The notes under the pieces are model-generated. The model did no database searches. It was given only the letters and a program-made list of their open reading frames with translations, and had not been told where the DNA came from. 64,000 nt of DNA from a virus (Duplodnaviria; Heunggongvirae; Uroviricota; Caudoviricetes). The position numbers were made by a program, and so were the translations under genes. Positions 40,867 through 50,100 of the stretch are shown in pieces. Position 1 is the first letter of the stretch, and each line of letters opens with the position of its first letter. The stretch spans positions 34,473 through 98,472 of the IMG/VR virus record IMGVR_UViG_2878528002_000001; one strand, written 5' to 3'.

Positions 40867-40971
40867 TACATATACTTGTGACCAGTTAGAGCGCGTCAAG
40901 TATGGCGCGTTTTATAGTGTTCACAAGAACACCAACACACATAACACGGGAATTCAAGAGGAGGACGGAAA

Positions 40972-41157
40972 ATGGCAAGAAATAAAATTGAAACTGTAAT
41001 GAGCTATGATCAGTGGGAACAGGAACACAAGAGACGGACTAAAAAGGCGATACACGATACTATTCAGGGACTCACAAGGGATATCGCAACAGCAATGATC
41101 ATTCTTGCCTTGCCTCTTGGCATGGTGGCGCATTTCCTTTTATCAACGGGATATTGA
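40972..41157 (+). CDS. Small membrane protein
   Basis: 61 aa with C-terminal hydrophobic helix; GGAGG RBS. Confidence 0.55.
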   Translation: MARNKIETVMSYDQWEQEHKRRTKKAIHDTIQGLTRDIATAMIILALPLGMVAHFLLSTGY

Positions 41158-41175
41158 TAAAAAGAAGGTGTCACC

Positions 41176-41340
41176 ATGGGGAAATATCAAAGAAACAAAC
41201 AGAACGGAAAAAACGACACATCATTTAAACGATCATATGCCGGGATTTATGAGAATGCCGACATGGAGAACAGACAGACTCGGGAAGAACGGGCGGAAAA
41301 TTTTGATTTGAAAAAGTGGTTGCGTACTACAGATTTATAA
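41176..41340 (+). CDS. 54-aa hypothetical protein
   Basis: AAGGTG RBS; MGKYQRNKQN...; not in track. Confidence 0.5.
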   Translation: MGKYQRNKQNGKNDTSFKRSYAGIYENADMENRQTREERAENFDLKKWLRTTDL

Positions 41341-41354
41341 TTGGAGGAAAGGAA

Positions 41355-41570
41355 ATGCCGAAATTAGATCAATATATATATGATGCGATCGTTGGTTATA
41401 TGGACGATGATATCAGAGAGCGCGTACATAACTACATGGCACCGTGCAACAACGAAGAATTTTTAATAGAATACTGTGCACAGGATCGCAGCTTTGAAGA
41501 ACTGTTAAAAGCGGAATTTCACATTGATATGTGGGATTATCCGGAATTTGTCAATAGAATTTGCAACTGA
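41355..41570 (+). CDS. Hypothetical protein
   Basis: Start MPKLDQ after GGAGG; track 41316..41570. Confidence 0.6.
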   Translation: MPKLDQYIYDAIVGYMDDDIRERVHNYMAPCNNEEFLIEYCAQDRSFEELLKAEFHIDMWDYPEFVNRICN

Positions 41571-41620
41571 TAGAACGGAAAATTTTGATGAAAGTACAAT
41601 TTCAACAGGAGGAAAACATA

Positions 41621-41830
41621 ATGAAAGCAAAACAGTTTAAAAAAGTTGTAGAAGAAAATAGAAAATATATTGATATAGAAACAAGATATAAAACAGTACA
41701 AATGATTTTCTTTGTTAGAGATTTGATGATGGAATCTGGAAACAAAGAATGTGCAAAGTTAATTGACAATCTAGCGGATGAAATTGATAAAATTGATACT
41801 CACGAGATCATGAAAGAACATATATTTTAA
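41621..41830 (+). CDS. Hypothetical protein
   Basis: Start MKAKQF after AGGAGG; track 41561..41830. Confidence 0.55.
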   Translation: MKAKQFKKVVEENRKYIDIETRYKTVQMIFFVRDLMMESGNKECAKLIDNLADEIDKIDTHEIMKEHIF

Positions 41831-41958
41831 AACAATTTATGGATGAATTAGAAGCTATAGAGAACGCTATAAGATGGGATTATGTCAAAGAAGATTTTGA
41901 ACGTGATAGACATAGAAAAGAAAGTATTTTCTATGGAATGTGAGAATAGGAGGTATAT

Positions 41959-42255
41959 ATGTATTCATTAGTTAGATCGGAAAGGACAATATTTGATAAA
42001 AACAGAATAATGTTAAGTAAATCAATTGCTTACATATATTATGATGATATAGAACATTTGTTTATTGATTACGATAATAAAACATGGGGAAAATTTGATG
42101 AGTACGACTGGAAACGAAAAGGAGCAATCGTACCTGGCATTACATCTCATAATGAAGATAATATAAATTCTTATGACATACAGTATGAAATTTTGGAAAC
42201 GGTAGAAACATATTATTATGGAAATTTATGGGATAGAATAGAAAAGTTAAAATAA
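41959..42255 (+). CDS. Hypothetical protein
   Basis: 98 aa; GGAGGT RBS. Confidence 0.6.
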   Translation: MYSLVRSERTIFDKNRIMLSKSIAYIYYDDIEHLFIDYDNKTWGKFDEYDWKRKGAIVPGITSHNEDNINSYDIQYEILETVETYYYGNLWDRIEKLK

Positions 42256-42365
42256 ATAGTGTAAATAAGAAAGGAATAATATAATAGAATAACAGAGAAT
42301 ACCAAAAGGAATCCAATTGAAATGTATCTTTCGTAAGAACGGAAACAAATTAAATAAGAACAGAG

Positions 42366-42401
42366 AATAGTCTTATAGGAAAATCCATAAGGCTATTTTT
42401 T
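42366..42401 (+). terminator. Intrinsic terminator
   Basis: AATAGTCTTAT...ATAAGGCTATT plus T-run. Confidence 0.65.
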
Positions 42402-42441
42402 ATGGATGAAATGCACGTTTCGTGAATAGGAGGTAAAAGTT

Positions 42442-42963
42442 ATGATGCTGGAAAAGAAAGTTATGGATATTTTAGAGCGAAATAATTTTAGATGTAAAGA
42501 AGTAATCCAGAAGGATAACGGAAAATATACGGCTAAAATCTATGAACAGGCATATTCCGTCAAATGGTTTTGGACAATCTCATTTGATGGAACAACGGGA
42601 GATTTTATCGGAAGTGTTTACGAGACAGCTTGCGATTTCAATGTTGATGATGCAGTAGAAAAATACAGAAAAAAATTTTCGAGCATTTTGGATGCAGTTC
42701 ATTATATTGAAAATCGAAGAAATAATTTATTTGAGCTGTACAATCGATTGGAAGATGGAGAACCATCTAAAAAGTATTTAGTGGTCAAAAAGTTAAAAGA
42801 GCTTACAGAACGTTATATAGCACTGGAAAGTGATCTGATGGATGCCGGAGAAGCAACGGATGTTATGGACGAAATCGAAAATGCAGCCGTTGATCTTTTG
42901 ATTGATGGAACCGACATGACAACGGATGAATTTTTTAAAATTTTAGATAGCCGGAGGAAATAA
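42442..42963 (+). CDS. Hypothetical protein
   Basis: 173 aa; GGAGGT RBS. Confidence 0.6.
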   Translation: MMLEKKVMDILERNNFRCKEVIQKDNGKYTAKIYEQAYSVKWFWTISFDGTTGDFIGSVYETACDFNVDDAVEKYRKKFSSILDAVHYIENRRNNLFELYNRLEDGEPSKKYLVVKKLKELTERYIALESDLMDAGEATDVMDEIENAAVDLLIDGTDMTTDEFFKILDSRRK

Positions 42964-42965
42964 GG

Positions 42966-43262
42966 ATGGAAAAATTAAAAGAAGAAATCATTAATAAATT
43001 AGAAAAAGCTCTTAAAGATGCTGTAGTTTGGGCGAAATTAATCACAACGGAAAATTCGACACAGAACAAAACAAGAATTATCAATGCAGAATATCATTTG
43101 TCACAGTTTCTTGCTTATATGGAAGTTTTGTGGGAATTAGATATAGATAAATATGTTGAAATTGGAAGTGAAACGAATAAGGATAGAACCGCTGTGGCGT
43201 TGGCGATTGATAAACTTTATGAAATCGGAGGAAATGAAAATGAAAATTGTAAGTGTAACTAA
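42966..43262 (+). CDS. Hypothetical protein
   Basis: 98 aa. Confidence 0.55.
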   Translation: MEKLKEEIINKLEKALKDAVVWAKLITTENSTQNKTRIINAEYHLSQFLAYMEVLWELDIDKYVEIGSETNKDRTAVALAIDKLYEIGGNENENCKCN

Positions 43263-43461
43263 AGCAAAAGAGTTGTCAATAGATAAGGAAGTAAAAGCTT
43301 GCCCATTTTGCGGCGAAACGGATGATATCGTAGCTGAAGAATATGAAACCATTGTAGGTAATCGATGGAGAATAGTGTGCTTTGGTTGTATGGCAGGAAT
43401 AGACAGAGGATACGATCAAACACCGCATGGATTAATTGACGTATGGAACAGGAGGAAATAA
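43234..43461 (+). CDS. Lar-like restriction-alleviation Zn-finger protein
   Basis: KACPFCG...VCFGCMA...IDVWNRR pattern; GGAGG RBS. Confidence 0.7.
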   Translation: MKMKIVSVTKAKELSIDKEVKACPFCGETDDIVAEEYETIVGNRWRIVCFGCMAGIDRGYDQTPHGLIDVWNRRK

Positions 43462-43709
43462 AAATGGAAAAATCAAATATTAGAGTATTTGGAGAAGCAA
43501 GTATTGCACATGTAAAAAAGAGAGGTTTGTTTTCGTATGTAGTTGTAAGAGATTGTGATAAAAAAGTAATCGCAAAGTCATTTTCATTTAGGAAATATAT
43601 GGATGATACTATCCGTACAATGTATACAGGAGAATATTATGCTACGGGTGATTTCATATTGGTTGCTGATACTGTAAATGGTAGTAAAGAAATCTACAGA
43701 TGGAAATGA
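43443..43709 (+). CDS. Hypothetical protein
   Basis: Track ORF; likely start MEKSN after GGAGG. Confidence 0.55.
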   Translation: MEQEEIKMEKSNIRVFGEASIAHVKKRGLFSYVVVRDCDKKVIAKSFSFRKYMDDTIRTMYTGEYYATGDFILVADTVNGSKEIYRWK

Positions 43710-43735
43710 ATCATAAGTTGTATCGGAGGTAGAGA

Positions 43736-43963
43736 ATGATGTTTGATATAAATAAAGTATGGATTTACAGAATTGAAGATTGCGCATGTGGTGCTGTAAT
43801 TGCAGACAATAAAGAATTAGCAAAGGAAAAAGTAATTAATGCATATTTGCAGCATTACACAGAATTTGATCCGGATTATGCGGTTATTCAGATTGAAAAT
43901 GCATTAGAGAATGGAAATATTTTTACTGATTGTCCAGATGTGATAGAAGTTGATGAATGTTAA
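43736..43963 (+). CDS. Hypothetical protein
   Basis: 75 aa; GGAGGT RBS. Confidence 0.55.
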   Translation: MMFDINKVWIYRIEDCACGAVIADNKELAKEKVINAYLQHYTEFDPDYAVIQIENALENGNIFTDCPDVIEVDEC

Positions 43964-43998
43964 TGAAATAAAAGTTTCAGAGAATCGGAGAAAATAAT

Positions 43999-44226
43999 AT
44001 GAAAGAATTTAAGAAATTTGTGATAGATAAATGCAAAGAATCTGGTGTTTTAGATACGGAAAATATTTATTTTTCTCAGACAAGAGATATATACTATGCT
44101 GACTATAAACCGAATTATCCAGAAAAAACAAATGGTGACTTTACAATTTCTCAGGAAATTATATCTGGCAAAAGAAAAATGTATGGAAATTTTAATGCTT
44201 TGATTCCAACAATAATAGAATTGTAG
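43999..44226 (+). CDS. Hypothetical protein
   Basis: 75 aa; GGAG RBS. Confidence 0.55.
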   Translation: MKEFKKFVIDKCKESGVLDTENIYFSQTRDIYYADYKPNYPEKTNGDFTISQEIISGKRKMYGNFNALIPTIIEL

Positions 44227-44278
44227 TAATGAAACAAGAGTTTCCTTCGGAATAAAAAGAATAAGGATGGTGACATAA

Positions 44279-44725
44279 ATGAAATATACATGTTATGATT
44301 GGTATGGAAATAAGAAAGTAGACAATATTGATAACTTAAAAGATGCAGTAAGAGAAGCACTAAAATTAGATTGTGAAGTTCATGATGAAAACGGAGACAT
44401 CATCTATTCAAAATGGGATGGTTGGAATGGAGATTACCCAGAAATTGAAAAAAGATGGTTTCCTGTAGCTGATATGGAAATGGTAAACAAAGCAAATGAC
44501 TTTATTGAAAAAACAGGAATGTTTTATGAGTGGTGCAAGCTTCAAAGAGATCAGTTTTATAAATGGATAGGCAAAAGCGAATGGTTGCATAGTGACAGAT
44601 GGAGTGCGACTTATGATTGGGTAAACGATGGAAGATTTGCAAATGTAGATATTCCAGAAGATATTGTTAATTGCTTAGTCGAAGAATGGGAAACTAATGT
44701 CATACATTTAAAAGTAGGAATTTAA
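44279..44725 (+). CDS. Hypothetical Trp-rich protein
   Basis: 148 aa; RBS present. Confidence 0.6.
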   Translation: MKYTCYDWYGNKKVDNIDNLKDAVREALKLDCEVHDENGDIIYSKWDGWNGDYPEIEKRWFPVADMEMVNKANDFIEKTGMFYEWCKLQRDQFYKWIGKSEWLHSDRWSATYDWVNDGRFANVDIPEDIVNCLVEEWETNVIHLKVGI

Positions 44726-44736
44726 GGAGAATATAT

Positions 44737-45072
44737 ATGAAGAATCCAATATATGAATGTTCAAATTGTTATAATGAATTTTCGGAGCAACTATATCCAG
44801 TTAATATATCAGATGTTAAATGGATAAATCTTATTTGCGATAAATATCCGAATGGATGTATTCAAATAACTTGTCACGATGCTCAAGAAAACGCTTATTA
44901 TGCAACAAGACTTCTGAAATGTTATGTGAGTAAAAAAGGTAGATATGCAATTTGGGGTAAACATAGATTTTATGAAGGATATAGCGGCGGTCTTATATTG
45001 AGAGGTGTCCCGTATAAGTCTATTGAGACTATAAGAGATGCGGCTAAACCGTATGGAACGATAGTAGAATGA
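44737..45072 (+). CDS. Hypothetical protein
   Basis: 111 aa; AAGGAG RBS. Confidence 0.6.
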   Translation: MKNPIYECSNCYNEFSEQLYPVNISDVKWINLICDKYPNGCIQITCHDAQENAYYATRLLKCYVSKKGRYAIWGKHRFYEGYSGGLILRGVPYKSIETIRDAAKPYGTIVE

Positions 45073-45108
45073 AATGAGGATTTACTGTGAAGAACAGAGG
45101 TTGACAAT

Positions 45109-45405
45109 ATGGCATTAATAAAATCAGATATATTATTCAAGGTTTGTGGGGCAAAAAGTGTCGGAAAACAAAAAGTAAAAGTAAAACCAGTTGAACATCA
45201 TTATGAAAAAGATGGTGAACCAGAATATATTAAATATGGTTGTCCTTTGTGTGAAAGCTTGGGAAATGCATATAGAAAGTTTTATTCACACTCATCTGGA
45301 TTGTTTGATAAAGACAAACAATTTAATCAGTTTTCATTTTCAAAAGGAACTCCCAACTGTCCTATATGTGGAATTAATATTGATTGGGATTATAAGAAAC
45401 AATGA
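45109..45405 (+). CDS. Zn-ribbon protein
   Basis: CPLCE and CPICG..IDW motifs. Confidence 0.6.
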   Translation: MALIKSDILFKVCGAKSVGKQKVKVKPVEHHYEKDGEPEYIKYGCPLCESLGNAYRKFYSHSSGLFDKDKQFNQFSFSKGTPNCPICGINIDWDYKKQ

Positions 45406-45436
45406 AACGATGATTTCTTGAACAGAGGTATTTGCA

Positions 45437-45784
45437 ATGTTGAAATTTAAAAATATAACCAAAAGAGAAGATTTTAAAAAATATGTTGAATGGAGCAAGA
45501 TAAAAATTGAAGAAATAGAAAAACCACATAAAAATCAAAGAATGTGGAAAATTTCAGATTGTTTTGGAAATGTTTGGAATGTGTTATTTACTGGTAACGT
45601 TGACGAGTATCGTGTTTCATATGAGAATGAATTTTCTGCCGACATTCTGATGCAGGGTAATATGGTAGAAATTCATCGGGCTATTAAAAATGGTCGAAAT
45701 CTTAGAGCTGATAGGAATTTAAAACAATTTACACAAGTAGCTTTATTAGTAAGCTGTTATAACAAATTTGGATATTTAAAATAA
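45437..45784 (+). CDS. Hypothetical protein
   Basis: 115 aa; GAGGT RBS. Confidence 0.6.
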   Translation: MLKFKNITKREDFKKYVEWSKIKIEEIEKPHKNQRMWKISDCFGNVWNVLFTGNVDEYRVSYENEFSADILMQGNMVEIHRAIKNGRNLRADRNLKQFTQVALLVSCYNKFGYLK

Positions 45785-45935
45785 ATAATGAAATGAGTGG
45801 AATCATTATTGTGATCTGGTATATATGTCTAGCGGAAAATTATTCGATATGTTAAGGGGATATGGAATTGATTCTCCATCGAATTTAATAGACACAATTG
45901 TAGATTTGTGTAAAGGATATTAAAGTGGTGAAATT

Positions 45936-46160
45936 ATGGCAGAAAAATTAATAGAACATACATATGGAAGTCATATTTACATGAAAATGAAATTAGACAA
46001 TAAAAGAATCGAAGCAATAGATGTGTACTTACGAAACAATGGAGAGCATTATTATGTAACAAGTGCAGATCACGGAATGGAATTGTGCAGTGGTGAAAAT
46101 CTTAAACAGAGACAAAAGCTACGACAGGAAATTATAGATGCTTTTAATGAATTGTATTAG
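45936..46160 (+). CDS. Hypothetical protein
   Basis: 74 aa. Confidence 0.55.
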   Translation: MAEKLIEHTYGSHIYMKMKLDNKRIEAIDVYLRNNGEHYYVTSADHGMELCSGENLKQRQKLRQEIIDAFNELY

Positions 46161-46180
46161 CTAAGATTGGAGAAAATATT

Positions 46181-46411
46181 ATGTTGAATATAGTTGTTAT
46201 TAATTGTGATGGAAAATATGTGGAATACGAATGGGATTCAAAAAAAGCATTTGTACAGGATATGCAAAATGATAATGAAAATATTCCAATGCTCGATGAT
46301 CCTTTAGCAGAAGTCAACACACAAGACGATAATTTACAGTTATGGTGGAGAAATACAGATGGAATGACTGTAGACGATTTGTTAGAAGAATGTAAGCAGG
46401 AGTTAAATTAG
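46181..46411 (+). CDS. Hypothetical acidic protein
   Basis: 76 aa; GGAG RBS. Confidence 0.55.
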   Translation: MLNIVVINCDGKYVEYEWDSKKAFVQDMQNDNENIPMLDDPLAEVNTQDDNLQLWWRNTDGMTVDDLLEECKQELN

Positions 46412-46624
46412 ATATAACTTATGCAATGATAAAATAAACCTATGAAACGTAGATTTCTTAGGAAAGTGGTGAAGAGAAATAGTAAAAAACATACATGTGA
46501 CAAGACAAAGAATGAAATTATTGAGATTATTGCATAAGAGTTTAAAACGGTAAACAGAGATTATGATGATGCAATACAAAATTTTCAGAATAAATGCGTG
46601 TTTTATTAGAAGAAAGGAAATAAT

Positions 46625-46909
46625 ATGTTAGGATATAAGATTTATTTTAATGGAGATAAATTTGTAGCAGATAATACTGCAACAGAAGTTCAGACGATGC
46701 CATGCGATTCAACTGTTTCATGGATGGCTAATAAGACATATGCAGATAATGTCGTAGAAAAGTATAATGCAAATGATTTAAAGGATGTTAAAAAATGTAA
46801 GGAATGCGGAAAATATTTTTGGCAAACAAATGATGAAAGAATCTGGTTTACTGATAGGAATATGAAAGCACCTTGCAGATGTTATTCTTGCAGAAAAAAG
46901 AAACACTGA
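46625..46909 (+). CDS. Zn-ribbon (zf-trcl-like) protein
   Basis: CKECGKYFW..NDE..WF.......PCRCYSCRKKK. Confidence 0.65.
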   Translation: MLGYKIYFNGDKFVADNTATEVQTMPCDSTVSWMANKTYADNVVEKYNANDLKDVKKCKECGKYFWQTNDERIWFTDRNMKAPCRCYSCRKKKH

Positions 46910-47023
46910 AATTCGCATTTACTAGGAAAAGCGAGAGAATAACACCATTAAACAATGCAATAGAAATTATATTGAAATGGCACTTTTAAAAAAGAGAACG
47001 GAAAGTATCAGAAGGAAAATAAT

Positions 47024-47218
47024 ATGAAAGTATTTTATTTAGCACAAGAGAATTTCGGATGTGTTGTCTATGCAGATAATGAAAACGATGCATTTGAAAA
47101 AATGAAATGTCAAAGAAAAGAATTATTAGAAATTTTAGGATTGCCATTAGATATTACACGATGGGGAATTGAAGAATTTACACCGGACTTATATGATGGT
47201 GTCTTATGTTTTTATTAA
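47024..47218 (+). CDS. Hypothetical protein
   Basis: 64 aa; AAGGA RBS. Confidence 0.55.
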   Translation: MKVFYLAQENFGCVVYADNENDAFEKMKCQRKELLEILGLPLDITRWGIEEFTPDLYDGVLCFY

Positions 47219-47239
47219 AATGAAACGGAAATTTCAAAG

Positions 47240-47563
47240 TTGGAATTGGAGGAAAATAAAATGGATAAAAATATATATTGGTATGAACTATGTTTCTTTG
47301 GTGATGAGGATACAGAAAGCGAAAAATATGATAGTAATAAAGCTTGCAGCTATGTGATTAAAACAGAAATCCCACCAGTAATCGATGATATGATTGCATT
47401 GAAAATTTTGTTTGGGGAGCCAAGAGAACAATGGGAGAGAGAACTTATTGAAAATTGCACTTGTGTTATGGAAATATCAGAAGATGATGCTCAATTCTTT
47501 GATGTGGAAGGACTTACAAAGAGAGTTGAAAGTGAATACGGAGTATATTATACAAGGCAATGA
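47240..47563 (+). CDS. Hypothetical acidic protein
   Basis: Track ORF; likely start MDKNIY after GGAGG. Confidence 0.55.
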   Translation: MELEENKMDKNIYWYELCFFGDEDTESEKYDSNKACSYVIKTEIPPVIDDMIALKILFGEPREQWERELIENCTCVMEISEDDAQFFDVEGLTKRVESEYGVYYTRQ

Positions 47564-47751
47564 AAAGCACATTTCTTGGAGGTAAAAATATGCGGAAATA
47601 TACATTATATTATAATCAAAAATCTATGTTAATTCAGGCAGAATCATTTGATATGGCATACGCTGGAAATAAATCATGGTTTACATCTGGCTATGTATTT
47701 TTTATTGAGGACATGGAAACGAAAGAATTAAGAAAATATGTTGTCGAATAA
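47560..47751 (+). CDS. Hypothetical protein
   Basis: Track ORF; likely start MRKYTL after GGAGGT. Confidence 0.5.
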   Translation: MKSTFLGGKNMRKYTLYYNQKSMLIQAESFDMAYAGNKSWFTSGYVFFIEDMETKELRKYVVE

Positions 47752-48241
47752 GTAAATGAAAACCACATTTCAAAAGGAGAAATAGATATGGGAAAGAAAA
47801 ATAAACCGCGCTAGAAAGATTTGAATATATATGAACGGCTTGCTAGAAGATATAAACAGCGGGGTGGTTCTGATGAATGGGTTGAATGGCTGCGCCAGAA
47901 GACAATAGAAAAAAAATTGAAAGGACTAAATAAATAGAATGGAATATATTATTGAGAATCTTACAAAAAGAGAAATTGATATTATGGAATCGAGTGATAT
48001 TGAATGGTGTCCTGATGACATATCAAGTAATAATACAGATATTGTAGTTTTCACCCAAAAGGATCGAGATAGAGCATTATATTTAATGGGACGTAAATAA
48101 AAAGAATAAGAAAGAGAATATTGTAATAGAAAGTTATTTATAAGGAGGAAAATATTATGGCATATTTTGTAGGACAGTGTATTCTTTATGGAATCGTAGG
48201 ATTTGTGATTTACGCATTACTTTCATAACGGAAAACTGAAT

Positions 48242-48269
48242 ATAGCAATCGATCTGGTTGCTATTTTTT
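48242..48269 (+). terminator. Intrinsic terminator
   Basis: ATAGCAATC-N6-GTTGCTAT (near-perfect stem) plus T5. Confidence 0.6.
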
Positions 48270-48304
48270 ATTGAACGAAACAACAATTTCAAGGAGAAAA
48301 TCAA

Positions 48305-48508
48305 ATGGAAAACAATTACATAACAATTTATTCACGGAAATTAGCGGGATATTTATTGCTTAAAGGTTTCAAAATGGAAGATTTTCAGAAAAGCCATAAA
48401 GACAGTGAGAGAACTATTTTTTATTTTTACAATTCACCGGAATTGTCACGGGCAAAGATGGAATTCGATAGGTTGAAAAATTATAAAGGAAGTATTGTTA
48501 ATATATGA
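48305..48508 (+). CDS. DUF5659-like protein
   Basis: YITIYSRKLAGYLLLKGF...TIFYFYNSPEL. Confidence 0.65.
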   Translation: MENNYITIYSRKLAGYLLLKGFKMEDFQKSHKDSERTIFYFYNSPELSRAKMEFDRLKNYKGSIVNI

Positions 48509-48545
48509 AAGGATTATTTTGTAAGTTTACAGGAGGAATTATTAT

Positions 48546-49184
48546 ATGAAAGAACACATTAATATGGAAGGATGTATTACCATTACAAAAGATGAAGCTA
48601 TGAAAATGATTAATGATTTTAAAGGTGATTCAATTACGGTAAAAATTATTCAAAATCAAAAAGAAACCAATAAGATTCCAGTGGGAGATGTAGAAATAGG
48701 GCAGACAATATGTAATGGAAAATATGTTGTAGTCGATAGATATACACATGGAGATGCCTGTATTGTAAGAAAAGAAACTATTAAGAATATTCGATTTGGT
48801 GAAACAAATAACTATTCTAAATCAAATTTACGAAAGTATTTAAATACAGAGTATTTAAACGAAATCATGGATGAATTTGGTGAAATTGAATTACATACGG
48901 TTGATATGTTGTCGATGGACGGAGATGACTCTTATGGAAAATGTGAAAATCTAGTTTCTGCAATGACCTTTGATCGTTGGCGGAAATACCATAAATACAT
49001 CGGTAATGCGGATTGCATAGAATGGTTATCTACACCAAACCAAACGGAAAAATCAAATGATACGTGCTGTGTGCGGATTGTCGACTCCAATGGTATCGTG
49101 GGCTACAGCGATTGCTACTGGAACGACTACGGTGTGCGCCCGTTTTTTATCCTGAAATCTTCAATCTTAGTATCTGTAGATTAA
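48546..49184 (+). CDS. DUF6273-like protein with DGR variable-region-like C-terminus
   Basis: FGETNNYSKSNLRKYLN, WLSTP, GVRPFF motifs; GC-rich 3' segment. Confidence 0.7.
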   Translation: MKEHINMEGCITITKDEAMKMINDFKGDSITVKIIQNQKETNKIPVGDVEIGQTICNGKYVVVDRYTHGDACIVRKETIKNIRFGETNNYSKSNLRKYLNTEYLNEIMDEFGEIELHTVDMLSMDGDDSYGKCENLVSAMTFDRWRKYHKYIGNADCIEWLSTPNQTEKSNDTCCVRIVDSNGIVGYSDCYWNDYGVRPFFILKSSILVSVD

Positions 49185-49218
49185 GCATGAAAGAATCGTT
49201 TCAACGGAGGATTAATAT

Positions 49219-49413
49219 ATGGGGAAAATAATAGGGCAGATGACAGGATGGAGTTTTAATTCCATAAAAGAATTAGAACGTGCAAGAAATTGGCTCGTCG
49301 TTCGTGGATTTATGGTGAGCATAGATACTAAAAATATGGAGTTGAGAGTCACAGGAACCGTCAATGGGAAATGGGTAGAGGATACTTCTGGAAATTTAGT
49401 ATGTATCGAATGA
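49219..49413 (+). CDS. Hypothetical protein
   Basis: 64 aa; GGAGG RBS. Confidence 0.55.
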   Translation: MGKIIGQMTGWSFNSIKELERARNWLVVRGFMVSIDTKNMELRVTGTVNGKWVEDTSGNLVCIE

Positions 49414-49437
49414 AAGTCGGATTTCGAGGTAAAAGGT

Positions 49438-49755
49438 ATGACAAATTATAAAATAAAACATGGTGATATGGAACTGTGGTTGATTCTTGCAGCATTAGGG
49501 AAAGGGGAACAAAGAAAAAATCCTGATGATTTTACAAGAAATCCGGATGGAAGCTTACCTGTAAAATTTGAAGTTGGAGGTGTCGAACTGGATTTTTCAA
49601 ATGTTGCAAAAAGAATAGAAGATTCTATAGATTCGCTTGTGATGAACAATGCACAACAATTATTAAATACTAAGTATTCGCGCATAATTAATGAAATTGA
49701 GGATATTCAGAATCGGCTTGAAGATCAAAAAGCGACTTTATTTAAGTATGAATAG
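49438..49755 (+). CDS. Hypothetical protein
   Basis: 105 aa; GAGGT RBS. Confidence 0.55.
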   Translation: MTNYKIKHGDMELWLILAALGKGEQRKNPDDFTRNPDGSLPVKFEVGGVELDFSNVAKRIEDSIDSLVMNNAQQLLNTKYSRIINEIEDIQNRLEDQKATLFKYE

Positions 49756-49778
49756 AGAAAGAAAAACATATTAAAGTA

Positions 49779-50090
49779 GTGTGGGGTATAATAAATATAC
49801 TTAACGAAATTTCGGAGGTGATTATTAAAAAACAAAAAGTAGTTAAGTTGTTAAGAATGGAGGAATCATATATGTTTAAAATTGGTGATACAGTAAAGGT
49901 GATTAGAAGTACAAATACTGGTGAATTAATTCCAATTGGTACGATATGTACCGTTTTGGAAGTGAGGAAAGAATTAGACGGAAAATATTATTATGGAATT
50001 GGTGATAATAGATTTCATAGTAAGAGTGTAAACGGTTACTATTTAGAAAATGAATTAGAAAAAGGACATCTGGAATGGGTAAAAGAATAG
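49779..50090 (+). CDS. SH3-like small protein
   Basis: Likely start MFKIGDTVKV after GGAGG. Confidence 0.5.
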   Translation: MWGIINILNEISEVIIKKQKVVKLLRMEESYMFKIGDTVKVIRSTNTGELIPIGTICTVLEVRKELDGKYYYGIGDNRFHSKSVNGYYLENELEKGHLEWVKE

Positions 50091-50100
50091 GAGAACAAAC

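Noticed and set aside
48546-49400. Complete DGR cassette
   Set aside because: No template repeat, reverse transcriptase or Avd seen in the window; kept only as a candidate remote target.
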